Source: Verrucomicrobiota bacterium
Lineage (GTDB): Bacteria; Verrucomicrobiota; Kiritimatiellia; RFP12; UBA1067
DNA length: 38,281 nucleotides
Assembly (NCBI GenBank): GCA_016280825.1
Contig: JAEEHL010000029.1
Coordinates: forward strand, 1 to 38,281
Direction: 5' to 3'
In this document: positions 28,436 to 37,151 of the stretch, in pieces
Position numbering within the stretch: the stretch's first letter is position 1
Layout: every line of letters begins with the position of its first letter
The notes under the pieces: generated by a model
The model's input: the letters and a program-made list of their open reading frames with translations, nothing else
Told to the model about the DNA's origin: nothing
The model's database searches: none
Position numbers and translations under genes: made by a program

Positions 28436-29776
28436 ATGGAAGACATCATCGGCAGGGCGCTTGCACGGGCGACCGACACGAAGGCGTGCGTAATAGGCGA
28501 AGGGGTTCTGGACGAGGCGCCGGAGCTCTTCAAGAGGCACTTTCCGGGCGCGAGGCGCGCATTCGTCGTCTGCGACCCGAGGACGCGCAAGGCGGCGGGG
28601 GAGAAGGTTGCGGCGCTCCTTTCCTCCGCGGGGGTGGAGGCAGGCGAGCACGTGCTCGAGCCAGGCGGCAGGACGTTCCACGCCGACTACCGCTATGTCG
28701 AGGAGACGAGGGATGCGTTCTTGGCCTTCGGGGCCGAGGGCGCGGTTCCCGTTGCGGCGGGGAGCGGCGTAGTGAACGACATCGCCAAGAGGACTGCAGG
28801 CGAGACGGGCGTTCCGTACATGACCGTCGCGACTGCGGCGAGCGTCGACGGATACTCGAGCTTCGGCGCCGCGCTGAGAAGCCCCGAGGGGTCGAAGATG
28901 ACGTATCCCTGCCCGGCGCCGAGGGTGATCGTTGCGGACATCGACGTCATGCGCACGGCGCCCGCGTGGATGGCGGCAAGCGGCTTTGCGGACCTGATGG
29001 CGAAGGTCCCGGCCGGGGCGGACTGGATACTCGCAAGCGAACTTGGCGCCGCGGAATGGCACGAGGGCGCATGGCATACCGTGCAGGACAACCTCAAGGC
29101 CTCGCTGGAGGACGCGGACGGCGTGGCTGCGGCGCGCGCGGAGCCGTTCACAAGGCTTGTGGAGGGGCTCATGCTCGGCGGCTTCGCCATGCAGGACATG
29201 CAGAGCTCCCGCCCCGCCTCGGGCGCGGAGCACCTCTTCAGCCACCTTCTCGAGATGCGCGACCACGTCTTCAAGGGCGAGATCGTGCCACACGGGATAC
29301 AGGTGGGGGTGTTCACGCTTTTCATGTGCCGCGTGTACGAGGAGATCCTCGCCCGCGACTATTCGCAGCTCGACGTCGAGGCCTGCCTCGGGAACTGGCG
29401 ACCGCTCGAGGAGGAGTGCAGGATAGGGGAGGCGATGTTCGCCGGCACGAAGTTCCCCGATCTCGGCGTAAAGGCGGCTAAGGCCAAGTTCGTCGGACGC
29501 GAGGAGACCCGGGCCAGGCTCGAGGGCTTCAAGGCAAGGTGGCCGGAGATACGCGCGAGGCTAGTCGCGCAGCTCGTCCCCTCGGAGACGGTGGAGCGCA
29601 AGCTCAGGGCGGTCGGGGCGCCAGTTGCTCCGGAGGAGATCGGCTCTACTGTCGCCGCGACGCTCGCGGACGCGAGGAAGACGGTCTACATGCGCGACAG
29701 GTACATGTCGCTTGACTTCCTTTCGCTCACGGGCGAGCTCGACCTTTTCGCCCGCAGGGCCCTCGGTTGCGCTTGA
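28436..29776 (+). CDS. sn-glycerol-1-phosphate dehydrogenase family (AraM/EgsA-like)
   Basis: AAGSGVVNDIAK, TAASVDGYSS, GFADLMAK..DW, SRPASGAEHLFSH and HGIQVG metal-binding motifs. Confidence 0.9.
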   Translation: MEDIIGRALARATDTKACVIGEGVLDEAPELFKRHFPGARRAFVVCDPRTRKAAGEKVAALLSSAGVEAGEHVLEPGGRTFHADYRYVEETRDAFLAFGAEGAVPVAAGSGVVNDIAKRTAGETGVPYMTVATAASVDGYSSFGAALRSPEGSKMTYPCPAPRVIVADIDVMRTAPAWMAASGFADLMAKVPAGADWILASELGAAEWHEGAWHTVQDNLKASLEDADGVAAARAEPFTRLVEGLMLGGFAMQDMQSSRPASGAEHLFSHLLEMRDHVFKGEIVPHGIQVGVFTLFMCRVYEEILARDYSQLDVEACLGNWRPLEEECRIGEAMFAGTKFPDLGVKAAKAKFVGREETRARLEGFKARWPEIRARLVAQLVPSETVERKLRAVGAPVAPEEIGSTVAATLADARKTVYMRDRYMSLDFLSLTGELDLFARRALGCA

Positions 29777-29801
29777 TTCCACGGCGAATATTTGGTAAAA
29801 T
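29773..29801 (+). promoter_or_regulatory. Sigma70-type promoter for tatA-uvrC (TTGATT-17-TAAAAT, extended -10)
   Basis: TTGATT 29773-29778 and TGGTAAAAT 29793-29801. Confidence 0.7.
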
Positions 29802-29837
29802 AGCGAACAACAAAGGAACAACAAGGAGGACAAGACA

Positions 29838-30059
29838 ATGGTTTTCGGATTTCTTCAGAACTGCGGCCCGTGGCAGATAGTGATACTCGTCGTCGTGGCG
29901 TTCGTCCTTTTCGGCGGCGCGAAGAAGATACCCGACCTTGCCCGCAGCCTCGGCAAGGCGAAGAACGAATTCAAGAAGGGGCTCGCCGAAGGCGAGAAGG
30001 AGGCCGACGAGGACTTCAAGGCGAAGAAGGAGGACGAGCCCGCGAAAGAGCTCGCGTAG
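29838..30059 (+). CDS. tatA: Twin-arginine translocase TatA/TatE subunit
   Basis: GPWQIVILVVVAFVLFGGAKKIPDLARSLGKAKNEFKKG. GGAGG RBS. Confidence 0.96.
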   Translation: MVFGFLQNCGPWQIVILVVVAFVLFGGAKKIPDLARSLGKAKNEFKKGLAEGEKEADEDFKAKKEDEPAKELA

Positions 30060-30060
30060 C

Positions 30061-31512
30061 GTGGCGAGCGACCTCATAAGGGAGCGGGTGAAGAACCTGC
30101 CCGACCGCCCCGGCTGCTATCTCATGCGAGATCGCCGGGGCGCGATAATTTACGTGGGCAAGGCGAAGAACCTCAAGAGGCGCGTCTCGCAGTACTTCCG
30201 CCCCGGCGCGCGACACGCTCCCAAGGTGCGCTCGATGGTCAATACCGTGTGGGACTTCGAGGTGATGACCGTGAAGAACGAGGAGGAGGCGCTTCTCACG
30301 GAGTCGGCGCTCATAAAGAAGTACAAGCCGCGCTTCAACATCCTCATGCGCGACGACAAGCGCTATCTCGCGCTCCGCGCCGACGCCTCGGCGAAGTGGC
30401 CTCGCCTGGTCTGCTGCCGAATAGTGCGCGACGACGGCGCGAGGTACTTCGGGCCGTTCCCTTCCAGCCCCGTCGTGCGCATGGCGAAGGACTTTGCGGA
30501 GAAGAGGTGGGGGCTTCGCGGATGCAACGCGATCGAGCCCGATGCCGAGTGCCACCGCCACTGCGGCGCGGATGTCATAAGGTCGTGCTCGGCACCGTGC
30601 CTTGGGAGGATATCCGAGGCTGAATACCGGGAGCGTTTCGAGGAGGCCTGCGCGTTTCTCGGCGGCTCGCGCCCCGAGACGTTCGACGAGCTTGTCTCCG
30701 AGATGTCGGGTGCAGCGGAGAAGGGCGACTACGAGCGGGCCGCGAGGCTGCGCGACATGATCGCCGCGCTTCGCCAGATGACGAAGGCGCATTTCGTTAG
30801 AAGGGACGGCGCGGCGCGCGCGCAGCAGGCGATGAAGGGGATCGCCGACCTTGCCGAGGCAATCGGACTTCCCGCGCCGCCGCGCATAATCGAGTGCGCC
30901 GACATCTCGAACCTCTTCGGCACGCACAGCGTGGCGTCGCTCGTAGTGGCGAGGGACGGCATCCCCGACAGGCGGTACTACAGGCATTTCAGGATAAAGA
31001 CCGTCGAGGGGGCAGACGATCCGCGCTCGATGGCGGAGGTGGTGAAGCGGCGCTTTGCCGACGAGTCGATCAGGCTGGAGCGCCCGGACCTTTTCATCTG
31101 CGACGGCGGGATAACGCAGCTCAACGCCGCGCGCGCAGCGCTTGCGGAAGTCGGCCTGGGCGACATCCCCACGGTCGGGCTTGCCGAGCGCCAGGAGGAG
31201 ATCGTGCTGGGCGACGGCAGGCCGAGCCTCATGCTGCCGCGCGATTCCGAGGCGCTTTTCGTCTGCACGCGACTCAGGGACGAGGCGCACCGCTTTGCGA
31301 TTTCGTACCATCGCAACCTGCGCGATAGGACGATAAGGGAGTCGGCGCTTGATTCGGTCCCCGGAATCGGCGAGGCGAAGAAGATGAAGCTCTTGAGGCA
31401 TTTCAAGTCGATCTACGGAATAAGGCGGGCAGACGTGAAGGAGATTGCCTCCGTCGCCGGCGTTGGCGAGGCCGTAGCCGCAGAAGTCCTTCGAGCCGTC
31501 TCGGCCAGATGA
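30061..31512 (+). CDS. uvrC: Excinuclease ABC subunit C (compact form)
   Basis: GTG start. GIY-YIG domain (PGCYLM..IIYVGKAKNL..R, EALLTE..IKKYKPRFN), Cys cluster, UVR domain (YERAARLRD), RNase H-like domain (ECADISN, DGG, RDEAHRFA) and HhH (VPGIG). Confidence 0.96.
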   Translation: MASDLIRERVKNLPDRPGCYLMRDRRGAIIYVGKAKNLKRRVSQYFRPGARHAPKVRSMVNTVWDFEVMTVKNEEEALLTESALIKKYKPRFNILMRDDKRYLALRADASAKWPRLVCCRIVRDDGARYFGPFPSSPVVRMAKDFAEKRWGLRGCNAIEPDAECHRHCGADVIRSCSAPCLGRISEAEYRERFEEACAFLGGSRPETFDELVSEMSGAAEKGDYERAARLRDMIAALRQMTKAHFVRRDGAARAQQAMKGIADLAEAIGLPAPPRIIECADISNLFGTHSVASLVVARDGIPDRRYYRHFRIKTVEGADDPRSMAEVVKRRFADESIRLERPDLFICDGGITQLNAARAALAEVGLGDIPTVGLAERQEEIVLGDGRPSLMLPRDSEALFVCTRLRDEAHRFAISYHRNLRDRTIRESALDSVPGIGEAKKMKLLRHFKSIYGIRRADVKEIASVAGVGEAVAAEVLRAVSAR

Positions 31513-31651
31513 AGTCCAGTTCCGCGATTTTTCAGGTGAACTTCTCGAATCCACCGCTTGTCGCCCATTGCTGACCCTGCCCCCAACTGCTATCAACCAA
31601 TCAGGATCGGCTGGAGTTGCGAGGCGGGGAGTGGTGCTACCGTTTTTTGGG

Positions 31652-31680
31652 TTTACTCTTTTGGGATTATTTGATAAAAT
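31652..31680 (+). promoter_or_regulatory. Sigma70-type promoter (TTTACT-17-TAAAAT, extended -10)
   Basis: TTTACT 31652-31657 and TGATAAAAT 31672-31680. Confidence 0.6.
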
Positions 31681-31724
31681 TCGTGGCTAAAAGGAGTTTG
31701 GGTGGTCATTCCAATGGGGGAGAG

Positions 31725-33776
31725 ATGAAACGGTTGCTGGTGCTTGGTCTTGTCGTGCAGCTGTCGATGCTGCATGCTGCGGTGAAGATGCCTTCGGAGT
31801 TCGGGCGCGACTATGCCTTCCTGAACATCGTGCCAGCGCAGACTTCCGAAGAGGGGCTGCGCCAGCTCGCGAAGGACATTGTCGAGTACCGCGAGCTTAC
31901 GGGCTGCAGGCTAGTCCTCCCCTCGCTTTCCTTCCATCCCGATGCGAAGCCAGCGACAAAGAAGGCCCAGCGGCTCCTTGACTTCTACAGGGCGCTCAAG
32001 AAGGAGCTTGCCGGCACGGACATCGAGCTTGGCGTACTCATACAGAGCATCATGGGCCATTGGGCGGTCGAGAAGGCCGGCGGCTACGACGACTGGACGC
32101 GCAGCATCGACATCAACGGCAAGGTCTGGCGCTTCTGCCCGCTCGACCCCGGCTTTCGCAAGTACATCGAATGGTTCGTGACGGAGCTTGCGCGCGAGCG
32201 CCCTGCGTTCATCCTCACCGACGACGACATGCTCTGCAAGGGCGGCATGGAGTGCTTCTGCCCGCTTCACCTGAAGGAGGCGAACCGCAGGCTCGGCATG
32301 AACATGACCGCCGACGAATACCGCGCCGCGGTGAAGGCGGCGCGCGAGGGCGAGAAGGGGCATGAAGACGTCTTTCGCGTCTTCAACGAGCTTGCAATCG
32401 AGTTTACGTCGGGCTGCGCCGCCTTGATAAGAAAGACGATCGACGCGGTCGACCCCTCCATCCCAGCCGGCATCTGCCAGGGCGCGCCGATATACATATC
32501 TACCGGCCCGTGCGCGGAGGCAATAGCGGCAAAGGGCCAGCCGGCCGTTGCGCGGCTCAGCAATTCGTGCTACCGCGAAAGGTCGGCGAAGGACTTCCCG
32601 AGGTACATGCGCTCGTCGTTCGAGACTGAGTGCCTTTCGAGGGACGTGCCGATAAGGCTTGACGAATCAGACACGTTCCCGCATAACCTGTGGAGCGTCT
32701 CGGCCGTGACGTTCAAGGCGAAGATCGCGCTTGCCGCGATGTGCGGCCTCAATGGATCGAAGATCTGGCTCGTGAACATGCACAAGGGCAAGCGCCCCGT
32801 GCCGCGCGAATATACGCGCGTCGTCGCAGAATGCGGCGAGATGTACCGTGCGCTCGCGCGGGAAGTGAGGGGGTCGGTGCAGAAGGGCTTTGCCGTCGTC
32901 GTGCACACGAACGACATTGCGACTTCGACCCTCACCTCATACCTAACCTGGGGCGACCGCTTCGGCGGCGTCTTCGGCGTGCCCTGGCGCTGCACGGCGA
33001 ACCTCGAAGAAGGCGGCGTCTACACCCTCGCCGACGCGCAGGACGTGATGCGCTGTTCTGACGAAGACCTGAAGCGGCTCCTTTCCGGGCGGCTTCTCGT
33101 AGACGGGCGCGCCGCGGCGGAGCTTTGCGCGCGCGGATATGCCGACTTCATCGGCGTTGACGCGATAAGGAAGGGCAAGCCCCCCGCTCCCGGAGTCAAG
33201 ATAGACACCGCCTTCGACATCGTGCAGGTGCGGGAGCGAGTCGAGAAGACCGGCGAGACGCTTTACCATCTCTACACCTCGAACACGCCCGAGCTAAGGA
33301 ACCTGCGCGAAGGGGCGAAGGTTTTCTCCACCTTCGTGCGCGACTCGACCCCTGCAGCAGTCGTCTACGACAACAAGCTCGGAGGCCGCGTCTTCACCGC
33401 CGCGCTCGACCTGGGGCTCGAGAGCTTCGAGCCGTGGTGCCGCCGTGGCTATGACGAGCAGCGCAAGGAATGGTTTCACATGGCGCTTGACGAGCTTTCC
33501 GGCGCGCGCACCGAATACGCCGTCGTGAACGACAAGAACATGGCCGTCATCCACAGGCGCAAGAGAGACGGGTCCGACCTCGTGTGCGTCTGGAACAACC
33601 ACTACGACCCGGTAGTGAACCTTGGCCTGCGCGTCGCCGCGCCGCCCGCGAAGATCGAGGTCCTTTCGCCCGACGGCACATGGAAGGGCGCGGAATGGAA
33701 GACGGCGGATGGAGCGGTCGAGATAAAGGTCGACATGCCGTGCTACGCATTCGCGGTATTCAGGATTTCGAAATGA
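31725..33776 (+). CDS. Secreted putative glycoside hydrolase (TIM-barrel-like, CFC metal motif, GATase-like and beta-sandwich C-terminal domains)
   Basis: Signal peptide MKRLLVLGLVVQLSMLHA. FCPLDPGFRKY, ILTDDD, CFCPLH and DESDTFPHN motifs as in GH42-related/GHL-type proteins. Family not assignable by eye. Confidence 0.6.
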   Translation: MKRLLVLGLVVQLSMLHAAVKMPSEFGRDYAFLNIVPAQTSEEGLRQLAKDIVEYRELTGCRLVLPSLSFHPDAKPATKKAQRLLDFYRALKKELAGTDIELGVLIQSIMGHWAVEKAGGYDDWTRSIDINGKVWRFCPLDPGFRKYIEWFVTELARERPAFILTDDDMLCKGGMECFCPLHLKEANRRLGMNMTADEYRAAVKAAREGEKGHEDVFRVFNELAIEFTSGCAALIRKTIDAVDPSIPAGICQGAPIYISTGPCAEAIAAKGQPAVARLSNSCYRERSAKDFPRYMRSSFETECLSRDVPIRLDESDTFPHNLWSVSAVTFKAKIALAAMCGLNGSKIWLVNMHKGKRPVPREYTRVVAECGEMYRALAREVRGSVQKGFAVVVHTNDIATSTLTSYLTWGDRFGGVFGVPWRCTANLEEGGVYTLADAQDVMRCSDEDLKRLLSGRLLVDGRAAAELCARGYADFIGVDAIRKGKPPAPGVKIDTAFDIVQVRERVEKTGETLYHLYTSNTPELRNLREGAKVFSTFVRDSTPAAVVYDNKLGGRVFTAALDLGLESFEPWCRRGYDEQRKEWFHMALDELSGARTEYAVVNDKNMAVIHRRKRDGSDLVCVWNNHYDPVVNLGLRVAAPPAKIEVLSPDGTWKGAEWKTADGAVEIKVDMPCYAFAVFRISK

Positions 33777-33804
33777 AGAAGAGAGGCAGAGCGAGGAAGA
33801 CACG

Positions 33805-35382
33805 ATGACGAACATTGTAGCAAACGCGGCGCGGACGGCGCTCCAGACCATCGCATCCACGCCCGAGGCCGCGCAGACGGCGAGCGTCGCCTCGACTGTG
33901 GAGGCGACGAACAGCTGGGCGGCGACGATCACGGGGTGGATCGACCACGTCTATTCCTATGTCTGGGGAGCTCCCCTGATCGGAGGAATCCTGATAACGG
34001 GCCTTCTCCTTACGTGCATGCTCAGGATGCACCATGTCCTAAATCTGAAGAAGGGCTTCAAGTACATGTTCCAGCAGAGCGGTTCGAGCGGCGAGGTGAG
34101 CCAGTTCGCCTCCCTCTGCACGGCGCTCTCGGCGACAATCGGAACTGGCAACATCGTCGGCGTCGCGACGGCAATCGGGACAGGCGGCCCCGGCGCACTC
34201 TTCTGGATGGAGGTCGCGGCGTTCTTCGGAATGGCGACGAAATTCGCGGAAGGCCTTCTGGCCGTCAAGTACCGCCGCTTTACGCCCGACGGCAAGGTTC
34301 TCGGCGGGCCTTTCTACTACATCGAGAACGGCCTCAAGGGCAGGTTCGGACTTAAGAGCTGGAAGTGGCTTGCCGTGATCTTCGCCGTCTCCGGCACGAT
34401 AGCGGGCATAATGGGCATAGGCACGATTGCGCAGATACACGGCATAACCTCGGCGGTGCAGCGCTTCTTCGACCCCGCCTTCGACCCTGCGAACATGGCG
34501 ACCGGCATTCGCATCTTCGGAACGACGTATTCCGAGCCGGTCGTCATATCCGGCCTCTTCGTCACCATCTGCGTCGCGCTCGTCGTCATCGGCGGCTTGA
34601 AGCGCATTGCGGCGGTATCGACGATAGTCGTGCCGTTCATGGCCGTTTCCTATGTCGTGATAATCGCGCTCCTTCTTGTCGGCAACCTTTCGAAGGTTAC
34701 TTCGGCGGTCGAGCTCATCGTTCGCGCTGCGTTCAACCCAGCGGCGTTCACTGGCGGCATGGTGGGCACGATCTTCATAGCAATGCAGAAGGGCGTCGCA
34801 AGGGGCATCTTCTCCAACGAGGCAGGCCTTGGCTCCGCGCCGATAGCGGCCGCCGCCGCCAAGACGGACGAGCCGGCGAAGCAGGGCTTCGTCTGCATGC
34901 TCGGCACCTTCATCGACACGATCGTCATCTGCACGATGACGGGGCTTGCAATCGTGGTCACTGGCGCATGGGAGCCGTCGCTCGGGCTTGAGGGCGTCGA
35001 CATCACGATAGAGGCGCTTAGCCGCGGGCTTTCGTTCATCGGCCCGCGCTCTGACTTCTTCTCGAGCCTCTTCCTGATGCTTTCGCTCGCGTTCTTCGCC
35101 TTCACCACGATTCTCGGGTGGAGCTACTATTCGGAGAAGTGCCTTGAGTACCTGATCGGCACGAACAGGAAGCGGCTCGTCCTCGCCTACCGCATCGCAT
35201 ACGTCGCGGTCGTCTTCGTAGGCCCGTACCTGACCGTTTCGGTGGTCTGGGGCGTCGCCGACGTCTTCAACGGGCTTATGGCGTTCCCGAACCTCGTGGC
35301 GCTCGTCCTCCTTTCGCCCGTGGTCTGGCGTACTACGAAGGACTTCCTCCACAGGGAGAAGGCCTCCAGGGCAATGCCATAG
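33805..35382 (+). CDS. alsT: Alanine/glycine:cation symporter (AGCS) family
   Basis: ALSATIGTGNIVGVATAI.TGGPGALFWM, GGPFYY, GVARGIFSNEAGLGSAPIA, FIDTIVICTMT, FTTILGWSYY, LMAFPNL. Confidence 0.96.
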   Translation: MTNIVANAARTALQTIASTPEAAQTASVASTVEATNSWAATITGWIDHVYSYVWGAPLIGGILITGLLLTCMLRMHHVLNLKKGFKYMFQQSGSSGEVSQFASLCTALSATIGTGNIVGVATAIGTGGPGALFWMEVAAFFGMATKFAEGLLAVKYRRFTPDGKVLGGPFYYIENGLKGRFGLKSWKWLAVIFAVSGTIAGIMGIGTIAQIHGITSAVQRFFDPAFDPANMATGIRIFGTTYSEPVVISGLFVTICVALVVIGGLKRIAAVSTIVVPFMAVSYVVIIALLLVGNLSKVTSAVELIVRAAFNPAAFTGGMVGTIFIAMQKGVARGIFSNEAGLGSAPIAAAAAKTDEPAKQGFVCMLGTFIDTIVICTMTGLAIVVTGAWEPSLGLEGVDITIEALSRGLSFIGPRSDFFSSLFLMLSLAFFAFTTILGWSYYSEKCLEYLIGTNRKRLVLAYRIAYVAVVFVGPYLTVSVVWGVADVFNGLMAFPNLVALVLLSPVVWRTTKDFLHREKASRAMP

Positions 35383-35412
35383 GCAGACGGGGCGACTGGC
35401 ACGCTTTGCGCC

Positions 35413-35811
35413 ATGAAGGGAAAGGCCAATATATCTGGTTCGGTTGCGGCGGGGTTCCCCTCGCCTGCAGAACAGTATTCGGAAGGCGCGCTCGACCTGA
35501 ACGACCTCTTGGTCAAGCGCCCCGCCGCCACGTTCTTCGTGCGCGTACAGGGAGATTCCATGACCGGGCGCGGCATCAACGACGGAGATCTCCTCGTCGT
35601 GGACCGCTCCATTGAGCCGGCGTCAGGCGACGTCATCATCGCCTGCGTCGACGGCGAATTCACGGTGAAGACGTTTCGCATGGGGCATGGGGAACGGGGA
35701 ACGGGAGTGCGGCTTGAAGCGGCAAATCCCAGATATCCTGCGATCGTGCTCAAGCAAGGCCAGGAGCTCGACTACTTCGGCAAGGTGACCGCCTGCATCC
35801 ATCGGTTTTGA
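35413..35811 (+). CDS. umuD: DNA polymerase V accessory subunit UmuD (S24 autoprotease)
   Basis: Cleavage site AG in VAAGFPSPA, LDLN, catalytic Ser in GDSM, Lys in EFTVK. No HTH domain, so not LexA. Adjacent to umuC. Confidence 0.95.
   Translation: MKGKANISGSVAAGFPSPAEQYSEGALDLNDLLVKRPAATFFVRVQGDSMTGRGINDGDLLVVDRSIEPASGDVIIACVDGEFTVKTFRMGHGERGTGVRLEAANPRYPAIVLKQGQELDYFGKVTACIHRF
35680..35707. repeat. Short tandem heptamer repeat (4 units) inside umuD
   Basis: ATGGGGC-ATGGGGA-ACGGGGA-ACGGGAG, encoding MGHGERGTG. Confidence 0.7.
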
Positions 35812-35812
35812 A

Positions 35813-37051
35813 ATGATCGGACTCGTCGACGGCAACAACTTCTTCGTCAGCTGCGAGCGAGTCTTCAACAGGCGGCTCGTGGGGCGCCCGGTGGCCGTCC
35901 TCTCGAACAACGACGGCTGCTGCGTCTCGCGCTCAAACGAATTCAAGGCCCTTGGAATCCCCATGGGCACCCCATACTTCCAGCTGCGCGACAGGGAGCT
36001 TTCCGGCGAACTTGACTTCTGCTCTTCCAACTACGAGCTTTACGCCGACATGTCGCGGCGCGTGATGTCGATTCTGCGCGGCGACGCGGTGGAAGTTGAG
36101 CAGTACTCCATCGACGAGGCGTTCATCCATCCGCCCGCCACCGACTACATCGCCTACGGCCGCCGCCTCCGCGCCAAGATCCTCCGCTGGACGGGAATCC
36201 CGTGCGGCATAGGATTCGCGCCCACTAAGACCCTTGCGAAGATCGCAAACCACATCGGCAAGAAAAGCGCATGCGGCGTGTACGTGCTGCCTGACGACGC
36301 TTCCGAAGTCCTTGGCCGCCTGCCTGCCGGAGAAGTCTGGGGCGTTGGCCGCCAGCTCCAGGCGAAGCTCCGCGCAGAGCGCATCTTCACCGCGAAGGCG
36401 CTGCGCGACGCGCCTGACGATGTCCTCCGCGCCGTCGGGGGCGTAACGCTCCTCAAGACGGCGCACGAACTCCGCGGCGAGCCGTGCCTTGACGAGCGCG
36501 ACTACGACGCAGACCCTGAAAGCATCAGCTGCTCGCGCTCGTTCGGGAAGCCCGTGACGACGATCGAGGGAATCGAGGAGTCTCTCGCCTCGTACGCGTC
36601 GCAGGCGGCGGAAAAGCTGCGCAGGCACGGGATGCTCGCCTCTGGGTGCAGCATTTACGCGCAGACGTTCGTCTCGGGCGGAGGAGGCGAATTCGCTGAG
36701 CGCACAGTGATCTTCCCTGCGCCGACAGACGCCACCAACGAAATGCTGTCGGCGATGCGCCGTGAAATTGCGCCGCTCTTCGCAGAGGGAACTCGCTACC
36801 GTAAGACGGGGGTCGTCTTCTTCGGGCTTGAAAAGGCCGGTGCGGCGCGGCAGATGGACCTCTTTTCCTCCACCCCAGCGGCGGAGGCGTCGCCCCTCTA
36901 CAAGGCAATTGACTCCTTGAACGCACGATATGGGCGCGGCAAGGTCTTCTCGGCGGCCGAGGGGATTGGCAGCCGCCCGTGGGCGATAAGGCGCGAAAAG
37001 GTCTCGCACCGAGCCACTACCCGCTGGGACGAGCTCATGATCGTGCGGTAG
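35813..37051 (+). CDS. umuC: Y-family DNA polymerase V catalytic subunit UmuC
   Basis: LVDGNNFFVSCERVF, VLSNNDGC.VSRS, SSNYELYADMS, YSIDEAF, TKTLAKIAN, SRSFG, QMDLF clamp-binding-like motif, C-terminal TTRWDEL. Confidence 0.96.
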   Translation: MIGLVDGNNFFVSCERVFNRRLVGRPVAVLSNNDGCCVSRSNEFKALGIPMGTPYFQLRDRELSGELDFCSSNYELYADMSRRVMSILRGDAVEVEQYSIDEAFIHPPATDYIAYGRRLRAKILRWTGIPCGIGFAPTKTLAKIANHIGKKSACGVYVLPDDASEVLGRLPAGEVWGVGRQLQAKLRAERIFTAKALRDAPDDVLRAVGGVTLLKTAHELRGEPCLDERDYDADPESISCSRSFGKPVTTIEGIEESLASYASQAAEKLRRHGMLASGCSIYAQTFVSGGGGEFAERTVIFPAPTDATNEMLSAMRREIAPLFAEGTRYRKTGVVFFGLEKAGAARQMDLFSSTPAAEASPLYKAIDSLNARYGRGKVFSAAEGIGSRPWAIRREKVSHRATTRWDELMIVR

Positions 37052-37113
37052 ACTGCGATTTCTTGTATAATCTCTCACCTCTCCCATTAAAATATGAACC
37101 TTTCTTGATGAAC

Positions 37114-37143
37114 TTGCATTTTTTGTGGTAAATTTGATATACT
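37114..37143 (+). promoter_or_regulatory. Sigma70-type promoter (TTGCAT-18-TATACT, extended -10), possibly leaderless
   Basis: TTGCAT 37114-37119 and TGATATACT 37135-37143; ATG at 37152 with no SD. Confidence 0.65.
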
Positions 37144-37151
37144 ACTCATAA

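Noticed and set aside
33777-33804. Glycine riboswitch expected upstream of an AGCS symporter
   Set aside because: The gap is only 28 bp; there is no room or aptamer sequence.
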